From: Elsinoe ampelina
Lineage: Eukaryota
DNA: 64,000 bases
Assembly: GCA_010093995.1 (NCBI GenBank)
Contig: ML992510.1
Location: 199,504-263,503, forward strand
Direction of reading: 5' to 3'
Shown here: in pieces, positions 11,445-22,797 of the stretch
How positions within the stretch are numbered: position 1 is the stretch's first letter
Layout: every line of letters begins with the position of its first letter
Notes under the pieces: model-generated
The model's database searches: none
Told to the model about the DNA's origin: nothing
What the model saw: the letters and a program-made list of their open reading frames with translations, nothing else
Program-made: the position numbers and the translations under genes

Positions 11445-12870
11445 AACGTACTGCTCTTGCCAGGCACTGCAGCGAGCTGTACGCAGTAGTGTCCAGTCCG
11501 ATCGATGTGCCGAGTTGAAAATTGTGATTATTGATCGCTTCTTGCTGCCGCTGTCGCCTCTTGCGTAGTCGTGGGTGAGAGACTGGTCGACAGGTGGAGT
11601 CTGGCGCACTAGCCCTAACTCGGCCACGTGCAGATCGGAGCAAAGGCAAAACCTGGAAATGGCGGAGAAGATTCCCAAGAGCAAATTTCACTTTTGAACC
11701 TTGACGACTCTATCTCGTCTCCAGATTCGCTAGCCACAAAGTGCTCCCGACACGTGCATAGCCGTGCATGACAACCTGACAGCTCGATAAATTGCACCGC
11801 ATGGAAGCTTAACCTTTCGACAATGGCACGAAGCATCGACCAAGACCGCCGCAGACCGCCACCACTCATCAGCGGGAGAAGGACACGAGTCAGATGCCTC
11901 ACAGCCTTGCTTTTGCACCCACAATTGATCATCTCAGCCTTGTTCTTCACTTTGCGATAGAGATGGTCTAAGTGAAGCATGCAGGATGCGTCTTTAGCCT
12001 CATTACTGCAACCGCGTTGAATGGCTAGTCTCGGATGCGACCGTAGCTGGCCTCCTTTCCTATCCGTCGGCCCGATATGATATGCGAAATGCCATGGATC
12101 GTCCGGTACTCTAACTTTCTTGGGCCTGTGGTAGCCGGATATCACGAGTCATAAGTCGTCGTGCATGGCACAAAAATGTCCGATACGCAGAGACAAGTGC
12201 CTCCCACGTCAACCCACTTCATTTGTTGCCGCTCACTGGTGAGAGTCTTTCATCTGCAGCAATTGGCATTTGCATCCCACACATCGCAGCCTCTGACCAA
12301 TCGAGGCCCTACCTCGGTGCATGACCACCCTGGAACCTTCACCGACCTCTTGACAAGCCCCTGGAAACACATGTCGGTCCATCACGTTCCTTCGACAAGC
12401 GGGCGCTTCCCCCCTTTAGCCGAACAATTCTGGAAGGTGATCTTGTCAGTTTTTGCGACTTCTGTCCCTTCATGTCTCAGCTTCTTATTCGTGAAGTCTG
12501 GCTTACCCCCGCAACGTCCAATCAAGGCGTGCCTGTCAACATCATGGGCGCTTTAAGATTGCTCTAGTGGCTGATCGTGCAAGTTTCTCCCCGCAAGCCA
12601 AGATTAGTCCACATCCAACCTTGGTCAGGGACGGTCACCTGAGATCTTCATGGACTGTGCAGCCCAGCAAACTTTTGCAAGCTACTCGACCTCGTCTGTA
12701 AGCGAGCACAACCACAACGGACTCCAGCATCCTCTGTGGATCCCCACGGCAGCAACATATATGGCTTCGTATCCCACCCCTTGACGAAGAAGTAGGTCAA
12801 CCCAGGCCCAGCTCTCCTTCCTCTACCCCTTTGGTGTCTTGCCCCATTTACGAGCGTCTACATCTTCATC

Positions 12871-13626
12871 ATGAAGTTCACCCTCGCTACCATTGCCGCA
12901 CTGGCAGGCACCAGCGCCGCCGCTCCCTTCGCTCTCAAGGCCGGCCTTTCTGAGATTGCCAGCTCCCTCCTTCACCGCCGCCAGACAGGCACTTCTGCAA
13001 CTGAGCTTGAGAGCGGCGCTTGCAGGCGTATCACCTTCATCTACGCCCGCGGCTCCACTGAGCCCGGCAACCTCGTAAGCACTCCAATCTGGCCTTGACT
13101 AGACCGCCGCATGTCCTCAAATGTACTGACTTATATGCAGGGTGACTCCGGCGGTCCACAAGTCTGCGATGGCCTCAAGGCACGCTACGGCTCAGCCAAT
13201 GTCGCCTGCCAAGGCATCGGTGGCGCATACACCGCTGGCCTTCTCGAGAATCTGCTTGCAGCTGGCACTTCCAGCGGAGCCATCAACGAGGGCCTTCGCC
13301 TCTTCAATCTCGCCAACACCAAGTGCCCAAGCACTATCATCGTCGGAGGCGGCTACTCTCAAGGCGCCGCCGTTATTCACGGCCTCGCTAAGAAGCTGAG
13401 CACCACTGTCCAGAACCAAGTCCGCGGTCTGATCACGTTCGGCGACACCAGGAACGGCGAGGACGCTGGACGTATTCCACCTTTCGCTCCCGCCAAGGTC
13501 AAGATCTTCTGCCTCCCAGACGACGGTGTCTGTGGTGATTCTCTCCTCGTCACACCCGCCCACTCCGCTTACGAGCCATACTTCGACGATGCCTACAACT
13601 TCTTGATCTCTCGCATCGGAAACTAA
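12871..13626 (+). CDS. Secreted cutinase (CE5)
   Basis: Signal peptide MKFTLATIAALA, ARGSTEPGNL, intron 13075-13140 (GTAAGC..CTGAC..CAG), GYSQG nucleophile, FGD, DGVC and catalytic His in PAHSAY. Confidence 0.95.
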
Positions 13627-13992
13627 CCGTGGCGCGGATCCATGCCTTGAGGCGGCTCAATCCTCTGTAAATACTTCTCTTTGCGTGCTAAGCGAATATG
13701 TACATAGTCAAGAATGACAAGTCATGAGTCCAAAGCCATGCGTCGGACTATTCCGATGAGCCGACGTGCACATCACTAATCAAGGCGTCCGACCCGTGAG
13801 GTGTGCACCCAAACCTTCACCCCACACCCTCTCCACGTTTCCCCGCACCACGGACGCTGATCGCCACCAACCACACCGCGGCTGACACGGCATGTCAGTC
13901 CTCGCCTTTTGGATTCTTCGGGGAGTGCGTGACTCTGCACATTCATACCGGGCATTCGCGTGGTGCGAGTCAAGACCGCTATACCTGGAACA

Positions 13993-15794
13993 ATGCACTT
14001 CAAATCGAAGCAACCAGACATCGACCGTGAGTATGTCCCGTGCATCTGCATTGCCATTGCTGACAATTCCAGTGCCATGTGACATAACAGTATGGGAGTG
14101 GCTCTTTGAATCGCCCAAGCACTCACCGCTGCATAAATATGCCGATACGGACCTCGCGGGCTTCACCAATGCCATCACTAAAGAACGTTTGAACTGGCGG
14201 CAAGTCAAGGAGGTCTCTGAGTACTTGTCGACAGCACTTGTGAAGATGTATGGCCTCAAGCAGAACCAGACGGTGGCTCTGTTCAGCCAGAACAGCATCT
14301 GGTATCCAGTTGCCATGTTCGGCACACTTCGAGTCGGCGGCGTAGTGTCTGGTGCTTCTCCGGCATACAATGTCGAGGAGATGACCTATGCTCTCAAGAC
14401 AGCCGACGCAAAGTTCCTCATGACCCATCCAAACTCGATGGAAGTGGCGACGAAAGCAGCAGAAAATGCTGGCATCCCCAAGCAAAACCTCTTCCTGCTC
14501 GAAGGCACATTGGACGGCTACACCACCATCAAGGAGTTGATCGAGATTGGCAGAAGCTATGGCGACACCAACCAAGCAACACCCTTCAAGATCCCCCATG
14601 GCAAAACCAATTTTGACAGCTGCGGCTTCCTCTCATTCAGCTCCGGCACAACCGGTCTCCCCAAAGCCGTAAGCAACCTAGCCCCTTCCTCTTTTCCCCC
14701 TCTGACACCTCCAGGTCATGATCGCCCACCAAAACGCCATCGCGCAATGCCTTCAAATCGCCCAAATCACGCCCCCCACGCACAAAAAAGTCCTCGCCGT
14801 GCTCCCCCTCTTCCACATCACGGGCCTCGTGCACGCCCTCCACCTCCCCCTCCTCCTCAACGCAGAAGTCATCATGCTCCCCTCCTTCACCCTCCCCTCC
14901 ATGCTCAGCACCATCGTCACCTACCGCATCCCCGAACTCCTCCTCGTGCCCCCCATCCTCATCCGCATGATCCGCGACCCGGAAGTCGCCCGCCACGACC
15001 TGGGTTTCCTCACGCGCTTCTCCTCCGGCGCCGCCCCGTTGAGTGAGGAGGTGATACTCGAGTTGCAGCGCAAGTTCCCCGGCACGGGGTTCAAGCAGGG
15101 GTACGGCATGACGGAGTCGTGTTCGTGTATCACTGCGCATCCGCCGGGGTATTACGACTACAAGTACGCGCATAAAGTCGGGACCATCGTGGCGTCGACG
15201 ACGGTGAAGATTCTGCGGGAGGACGGGAGTGAGTGTGGCTTGAATGAGCCTGGGGAGATCTGTGCCAAGGGACCGCAGATTGTGATGGGGTATTTGAATA
15301 ATGAGAAGGCCACGAGGGAGACATTTGACGAGGAAGGGTTTTTGCATACCGGGGATCAGGGGATGATAGATGAAGAGGGTTTGGTTACGATTACGGATCG
15401 GATCAAGGAGATGATCAAGGTCAAGGGCATCGGGGTCGCGCCCGCAGAGTTGGAGGATTTGTTGCTGGGGGAGGAGAGGGTGGAGGATGTGGCTGTGCTG
15501 GGGATAAGGGATGATTATGAGGGGGAGGTGCCCAAGGCGTATGTGGTGCTGAAGCCGGGGGTGGTGGAGGGAAAGGGGAGGGAGGAGTTGAGGAGGGTGG
15601 GGAGGGAGTTGTTGAAGTTTGTAAGGGAGAGGAAGGTGAGGCATAAGTGGGTGAGGGAGGTGGAATTTGCGGAGGTGATTCCGAAGAGTGCGAGTGGGAA
15701 GATTTTGAGGAGATTGTTGAGGGATAAGGAGAGAGGTGGCGGGAAGGAGGGTGTCGTTGTGAGAGACGAGGCGGGGAGGAAGGCGAAGCTGTAG
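13993..15794 (+). CDS. Peroxisomal 4-coumarate/phenylacetate-CoA ligase-like acyl-CoA synthetase
   Basis: Exons 13993-14026, 14073-14668, 14715-15794. AMP-binding FSSGTTGLPK, QGYGMTE, LHTGD, DRIKEMIK, PKSASGKILRR. C-terminal AKL is a PTS1 signal. Confidence 0.93.
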
Positions 15795-16329
15795 ATTTGT
15801 ATAGACAGACGCTGTATACATGAATGTTCACTTCGAGGCCAAGTTGGAGGCCGAATTGAGGTCCCAGTTCCATACAGGGTCTCAGGGACTGGTTCGTTGA
15901 AAAAGCCCCGTCGGGCCCTGTCAAACCCCACAACATCGGGGTTAGCGGCCCTGTCAATTTCGGTGTCTTTTAACAAACTTGCACCCTTTGCATCACACCA
16001 TCACATCAGGAGATTTGCAGGAACACAGCATGGTCGCCGTCATGCGTGAAGTCAATGTCCATCAGCGTATTGCAATTACTTGAACCCTCAGGTTCTGCCT
16101 TAAGGCCGTCAACTTGGTCCCTGCGACGCAATCTCGGTACAGTAAGCAGAGATCTACCAACCCTTCTAACGACTAGTCCCTGTTGTGTCAGCACTATCTT
16201 TAGAGAGCCCAGAGATCTGGTCGGGACTAATCCTGGGTCTCATGTAAGCACCTCATACATCTTCTGAACCATGATCTCATCATTTGCTCCTTTTTCCCTT
16301 GCATTTTGGGTGTTACGACACAGCCCGGA

Positions 16330-17961
16330 ATGCTTTCTGAGATTGCCTTCGGCTTCACAGGCCTAGCAATCTTCGCCTACACGTTGCAATGGATCATAAG
16401 CACTTTCGACGACGCACGCGAGCCACAGCGGGTGAATCCAAGCATACCCTTGTTTGGCCATCTGCTGGGTATGCTTCGTTATGGACCTGATTACTACTCT
16501 ACTGCGAGGTATGACGTGGATGCCAGAAGAGAAGCTCCAGGACTAATGCCTCAGTACAGCAAAACCACCAATGCGGACATCTTCACCCTCGATGTACTCG
16601 GCACTAAGCTCTACATCTCCAAAACCCACCGACTAACGACTGCCATTCAAAGGAGTTCTAAAACGCTCTCGTTCAAGCCATTCATCAAGACCGCATCGCA
16701 GAAACTCGGTGGAGCTGGCGACGACACATTGAAGCTCTACACTGACGACTTCCTGGACGACTTCAGCCATGCAATGAAGTCCACCCTAGGTCCCAGTCCT
16801 GATCTGGACGCACAGAACATGCGCATGGGCAAACGAGTACTAGTTGACATCGACGAATTGACCAATGGCGACTCAACAGTCGTCAAACTCCTCGAATGGA
16901 CAATGCATGCTGTTGTACAAGCCAGTAGCTGCGGCGTCTTTGGTGAGAAACATCCATACCTTGACCAGAAGGTGGAAGACGCATTCTGGTGAGTAGCCAA
17001 AACAGCTGTATTGAATCAAAGAGGGCAGAGTTGATGCTAGGGCAGGACATGGCAGTCCTACGTACTCCAGCACTGGGCCAATCTGGACTTTACCCGCAAG
17101 GGCTACGCCGCTCGTGAGATTGTCTTCGACGCTTTCAAGGCTTACTGTAAGAAGCTTCCCTCGGACGTCGCGCCCGTGATCGCCGAACGCCAGCGTGTCC
17201 TCCTCGAAGGAGGCGTTTCAGAAGATAACGCAGCCCAACAACAAGCCACCTTCAGCGTGGCTGCCTTTGCCAACACCACTCCCACCCTCTACTGGACGAT
17301 CCACGAACTGTACGCCCGCCCAGATCTTCTCACAGCCGTACGAGAAGAAGTCATCTCCACTGCCGTCTCGGGCTCGCGGGAGAAGGGTTTCACCCTCGAC
17401 GTCTCCGCCCTCAAGACCAAATGCCCTCTCACCCTATCCGTCTTCCAGGAGACCCAACGAACCCGGCACATCCACGCCAACATCCGCAAAGTGACCGAAG
17501 ACACACTCCTCGACGGCAAATACCTGCTGAAAAAGGGCCACTTCCTCCAAATGCCCGGCGGCCCCGTCCACCACGAAAGAACCACCTGGGGTCCCACGGC
17601 CGACACCTTCGACCCCTACCGCTTCGTCCCCGTCCCCGCCTCCACCGGACAAAGCACCAAACGCTCCGTTCCACTAAGCAGTTTCGTCAGCTGGGGTGCG
17701 CCACCGCATCTCTGTCCTGCGCGCCAGTTCGCGACGACGGAGATCTTGATCGTGATGGCGTTATTGGCGGTGAGGGTGGATATCGAGCCGGCGCAGGGGG
17801 AGTGGGTGTTGCAGCCGCCGGTGCAGAAGGCGGATTTGGTGACGCTGCATAAGCCGAAGAAGGATGTGGAGGTGAGGGTCAGGAGGAGGGGGGAGTGGGA
17901 GGGGAAATGGGGGTTGGAGATGGGGGAGAGTAGGACTAGGGTGTCGCTTGCTTCGGGGTAG
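16330..17961 (+). CDS. Cytochrome P450, CYP7/prostacyclin-synthase-like fungal group
   Basis: N-terminal TM anchor, introns ~16509-16559 and 16989-17045, I-helix AAFANTTPT, ETQR (ExxR), FDPYRF, heme motif WGAPPHLCPARQFA. Confidence 0.9.
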
Positions 17962-18503
17962 ATAGTAGAGAAGAGGATAGGAAAAGTAGCAGTCCAGACC
18001 TTGCACGAACAGTAACGTTTCGGGCGCCTGTGTGATAGCCCGCGGCTCACTCGTAGCGTTCTGTCAAGCTTGTGTGCAGCAGCATCACTGTTATCGCAGT
18101 AGCGGAGGGTCGCCGGCGCCTCTGTCGCCTGATGTGCAAGCGGTTCCCACAGTGTCGAGCTTCATCTTTACAGAAGCGTGATCGTGCGTACGACTTTCCC
18201 GGTCTCAGGGTCAGTGGAGGTGGAATTGGCGAGAGATGTGATGCAGAACCTTAAGCCGAGGTAGATGGTGCCAAGATGTGGGACAGATTCTGCTGTGATT
18301 TGATTGGCCAAGCTCTCGCATATTACTGCGAGCCGGGATTTTGCTACGTTGTAATTTCGGTGTCTTTGCTGCGAAAGTGACAAGGTAGATGGCACGGAAT
18401 GCAGTGATAATCGACGCTAGCGAGAGGTAATGTGACCATAAAAGGATGTGCGTCGCGCCTCGACATCTTCGATATCAACTCTTCCACCACCGCCCTCGAG
18501 ACC

Positions 18504-19139
18504 ATGGACACTGTAGCACCTTTTGAAAATGCTCACGCCAAACTCGACGCGCAAATCCAGTCCACTGGCCATTCTAAGTGGGATTTCGTCATATACCGAT
18601 GCACGTACAAGTCGGACGCAGACTGGAACAAGATGATGACCAAATTGAAAGAGAAAGACGCAGAACCATATCACATGGCGTATTTCAACCTCACGAAGAG
18701 GCTTCGCGACTCCCTCGCCTACACTGTCTTTGAAGACGCAGATCTGGAGGGAGCAAGTAAAGAGGTTGTCTTGAAGCGCTTCAGCGACTGGGTCGAAAGC
18801 AAGCCATGGGAGACAGAACAACCACAAGGCAGTCGTCCTAAAAGCTCGACCAGGTATGAGATTTGTGTCATGGTTGACGAGGCGAGCTTGCAGTCTGTCT
18901 TGAACGAGCCTCAAGACTTCGTTCCCCCGGACATGGGTGAGTGGCAAGGTAAAGAAGAAGAAGCAGGCTGGGTTTACGCTCTACGACACGATCCTCGCCA
19001 ACATGCCGAAACAGAAGAGGAGGAGTACTGGTGGATGCGGATAAGTTTTTTCAGCCTCATGATTGGATGGTATGAAGTGCTGAGCGACGAGGGATGGCAT
19101 CACGAGCATTCACAGCATCCGGACATCGCCGTTCGTTGA
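18504..19139 (+). CDS. Unknown-function tandem paralogue 1 (W[GD]FxIYRCTY family)
   Basis: 211 aa. KWDFVIYRCTYKSDADW, FEDADLEGA, RYEICVMVDEASL and QHPDIAV are shared with the three downstream copies. Confidence 0.85.
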   Translation: MDTVAPFENAHAKLDAQIQSTGHSKWDFVIYRCTYKSDADWNKMMTKLKEKDAEPYHMAYFNLTKRLRDSLAYTVFEDADLEGASKEVVLKRFSDWVESKPWETEQPQGSRPKSSTRYEICVMVDEASLQSVLNEPQDFVPPDMGEWQGKEEEAGWVYALRHDPRQHAETEEEEYWWMRISFFSLMIGWYEVLSDEGWHHEHSQHPDIAVR

Positions 19140-19757
19140 AGTAGCAGTGCCTCTGCGCAGGCCAGGTATTACGGGCTCAGGCTACAGACTCGACTTGTCG
19201 CCGCACCAGACTGCATACTCTTGGTGCTCTCGCTGACATCAGGCCGACGGGTGGACCATTGTATTGGTCACATCTTGTTCAGTGCACACATCAAACCAAG
19301 CGCGTCTATGGGTGCTACAGTAAGTGACGGACAAGTATTCTCTTATCCTCTACATCGCTTTGTCTTCCAGATTCGGATGTGTCCTTTCAGACTAGATCCG
19401 CGTCGCTGTTGCGAAACAATGTCTGGATTGGTTCGAGAAGAGGCCTTGAACCGGCGTGGAGACTGGAATCTCTATGTCTCGCCTCCCTATGCACTGCCAA
19501 CAGGACCGGCGGTGTTCAGTGTCACAGTCATCTAATGTGCACGTGACTGCAACTCAGCGGACGCCCGGACCCTTCTGCAACATCTGATTGGCTAACACTT
19601 TCTACCTCCACCACTCACCAACCAAGACAAACACCATTTGTAATACCCTCCAACTTCTTGCGCCAATTCTTCGCTTGCGGCACAGCTGCAGTCAATCGCA
19701 ACGACAAGATAGCAGGTATCACTGATTTCTTGCACTTCTGCTGCCTTCGTCTTTCAC

Positions 19758-20401
19758 ATGTCGATGCCTCTGAACGCCTTTCACGAGTACGCCCATTTCG
19801 ACGCAGAGTTGCAAAGCTCTGGCCATTCTAAATGGGGTCTCGTCATCTACCGTTGTACTTACAGCTCGGACGACGACTGGAACAAGATGATGGACTACAT
19901 CAAAAAGAGAGATCTGAACCCCGACACGAGCCTTCGTGGGACGCTCTCGATCGGAAGATTCGCGGCGGTCTAGTATTCACTGTCTTCGAGGACAGGGACC
20001 TCCTGGACGGCGCGAGCAAGGAAACGGTTCTCCGGCGATTCACACAATGGGCTGACAGCAAGCCATGGCATGAGGAGCAGCCACCCGGATGCCGTCAAGC
20101 TGGATCAGCCAGGTACGAAATGTGTCTCATGGTTGACGAGACATCGCTTCAATCGATCTTAAAGCAGCCTGAAGGCTTCTTCCCTCCAGATATTGGAGAC
20201 TGGGACGGCGAAGAAGACGGAGCTGGATTTGAGTATGCATTGCGCTACAAAGGGACGAGTGCGGTCACTGGTGATGGCAACGTAGAGAATTGTTGGCTGC
20301 GGTTATCGTGCAACTTTCTTACCTTAAGGTGGTACGCCCTTCTGCGTAGTGGTGGATGGTACAATGAGTATCAACAGCATCCGGACATAGCTGTAGGCTG
20401 A
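19758..20401 (+). pseudogene. Tandem paralogue 2, frameshifted
   Basis: The N-half (KWGLVIYRCTYSSDDDW) and C-half (FEDRDLLDGA..QHPDIAVG) are in different frames. One base is missing at GAT-CT-GAA (19911-19918), where copy 1 reads D-A-E-P. Confidence 0.8.
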
Positions 20402-20737
20402 TGATTGTTCGGAACGGTGGTCGTTGCATAATTTCTCTGTTCGAGACGCTCCAACAGGATTGCTGCGCTGCAACACATCCGCTAATCACCGAGGCAGAGT
20501 GTGGTAAGATGAAGGACAGTTTGATGTGTTTTGATTGGCTACCGCTGAAAAATTCGCAAATGTGGCATGGTAACGGACCAGAAAGCACTGCATAGGACCC
20601 CGTCAGCTGGACCACTTCAAGCTCGATGCCCTCGCCCCAAGCTCGACTGCGCGGTGGCACGGAAATTAAGGGAAACGACCATACAGCCCCGTTGCCTGTT
20701 TCTCTACCTCCTTCTCAACATCGTTTCAGTAGCCATT

Positions 20738-21382
20738 ATGGCCAACGCAAACACTCCTCTCATGAGGGAACCCGCCCTTACTGCCCCAAACCAGCATGAT
20801 CGACTTGAGGCTGAGATGCGCCATTTGGGTCAAACGACATGGGGTTTTGTAATATATCGCTGCACGTTCGCTTCAAACGATGACTGGGAGAAGGTGATGG
20901 CGAAGCTCAAACAGCAAGATATGACTTTGGATGAGTGGCCATCATATGCCCTTAAGCCACACCTTCGGGACGGGCTGAAATATACCGTCTTCGAGGACAG
21001 GGCTCTTGATGGAGCGACCAAAGAACAAGTGCTCGAACAGTTCAAGGGATGGCTGGACACAGAGCCCTGGAGATCAGAACAGCCGCTTTCAGACAAAACA
21101 ATACGGCTAGCTGCACGATATGACATCTGTCTTATGATCGATGAAGCGTCGCTTAAGTCGATCCTGGACGTTCGTTTACAAGGCGGACGGGATGACGAAG
21201 AAGTTTCCATAGGCTACGTATACGCTCTGCGATATGAGGCCAATTCCCCTCCAGATCCTGACGAGAATTACTGGTGGATGCGGATATCGTTCGACGATCT
21301 ATCAATCCGATGGTATGACCTCCTCAGTCGAGACGGGTGGCACAACGAGCACAAACAACATCCTGACATCGCGCTGGGATAG
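20738..21382 (+). CDS. Tandem paralogue 3
   Basis: TWGFVIYRCTFASNDDW, FEDRALDGA, RYDICLMIDEASL, QHPDIALG. Confidence 0.85.
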   Translation: MANANTPLMREPALTAPNQHDRLEAEMRHLGQTTWGFVIYRCTFASNDDWEKVMAKLKQQDMTLDEWPSYALKPHLRDGLKYTVFEDRALDGATKEQVLEQFKGWLDTEPWRSEQPLSDKTIRLAARYDICLMIDEASLKSILDVRLQGGRDDEEVSIGYVYALRYEANSPPDPDENYWWMRISFDDLSIRWYDLLSRDGWHNEHKQHPDIALG

Positions 21383-21717
21383 CGACGAGACTGGTGGTAA
21401 ATCGTCGTAGAACCTGAAAGAATTGTAGGCCCTGGAAGATTCTGTCGAATGGTTAAGCAGGCTACTTCTTTGCGCTCATTTGGTGTATTTCGTCGCAGGA
21501 GGCAAGCACCTTACCCAGTTCAATTTGGAAATGAAGGAAGCCAAGAAATCGGACACTTTGTGGACAATTTGATTGGTTCTCGTCCATCTGCACAAGACAG
21601 TGAGGCACAGTCAATTTCCTTCGGTCCTCAACTTCGGTCCTCAACTCCAAGGTAGATACAGGAAAGTATAGGCAGTGATTCGTATGCTATGCTTGCACAA
21701 TACGCAAGCGTGCAAAC

Positions 21718-22347
21718 ATGGAAGACGACAATATATCTCGCTTCAACTCCAACTGGCGTCTTTATCAAGAGATCAAGAAATCAGGCCACTCCAAATGGGG
21801 ATTCACGATCTATCGCTGCACCTACGCCTCGGATGAAGATTGGGAGAAGATGATGGACAAGATGAAAGCTGGGGTTGAGGAACCTTCTGATAATCCTCTG
21901 TCGCACTTCCCTAGGTTGCTTTCCAATACTCTAACGTATACTGTGGTCGAGGACAGTGCTTTAGAGGGGGCGGGTAGAGAGGAGATCTTCAAACGCTTCG
22001 GTGCATGGGTGGACAGCGAACCGTGGAAGATCGAACAGCCGTCGGAATGCGCAGGCACCTCCGCGAGATACGACATCTGTATCTGGATCGATGAAGCATC
22101 GCTAAAGTCAATCTTGAACGAGCCAGAGAACTACATTGCTCCTGAACCAGGCACTTGGACTAAAGAGGAGGAAGACTTGGTCGGCTGGGTGTATGCTCTA
22201 CGATACTACAAGAAGCCGCTACCTGGAGCGGAGAGAGAATGGATGCGAATCACCTTCTTTGATCTTATGACTCGTTGGTATATCCTACTGCGAACAGATG
22301 GCTGGCACCACGAGTACAGGCAGCACCCAGATATTGCCGTTGGCTGA
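21718..22347 (+). CDS. Tandem paralogue 4
   Basis: KWGFTIYRCTYASDEDW, VEDSALEGA, RYDICIWIDEASL, QHPDIAVG. Confidence 0.85.
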   Translation: MEDDNISRFNSNWRLYQEIKKSGHSKWGFTIYRCTYASDEDWEKMMDKMKAGVEEPSDNPLSHFPRLLSNTLTYTVVEDSALEGAGREEIFKRFGAWVDSEPWKIEQPSECAGTSARYDICIWIDEASLKSILNEPENYIAPEPGTWTKEEEDLVGWVYALRYYKKPLPGAEREWMRITFFDLMTRWYILLRTDGWHHEYRQHPDIAVG

Positions 22348-22797
22348 TAGCGGTACTTCGGCGCGAGTGACAAGAGTACCTTTTGGACACCCAACCTCGA
22401 GCTCGCTCGGATATGACTACAGGTAGCATTATAAGCGGCCGACAAGCGCTCTGAAAGGCTAGAGCAAAGACACATTCCGTATCAGTGTCTACTAGTGCAA
22501 CCTCCTGGCATGACGAAGAACTCTCCTGTATTGCCCAGACGACGATCAGCCAAGGTGCTTTCGGAGACTTTTCAGCCGGCAGGCTCGGAGACTTTTGAAA
22601 CTCTCCACGATAACTTCATGTCGTGAGTCCAAGCCTACAGAACTTGCTCATTGATCTATATGGGATTGACACTGAGCAGAATGTCGCCGAACGTGATGGG
22701 TATTAAACTGCGGTACTTTCCCTATGACTTCTCGCTCATTATCCACTTCTCTCAATACACAGTGCTTACGCCTTGACTTTCCATAACATATATTAGC

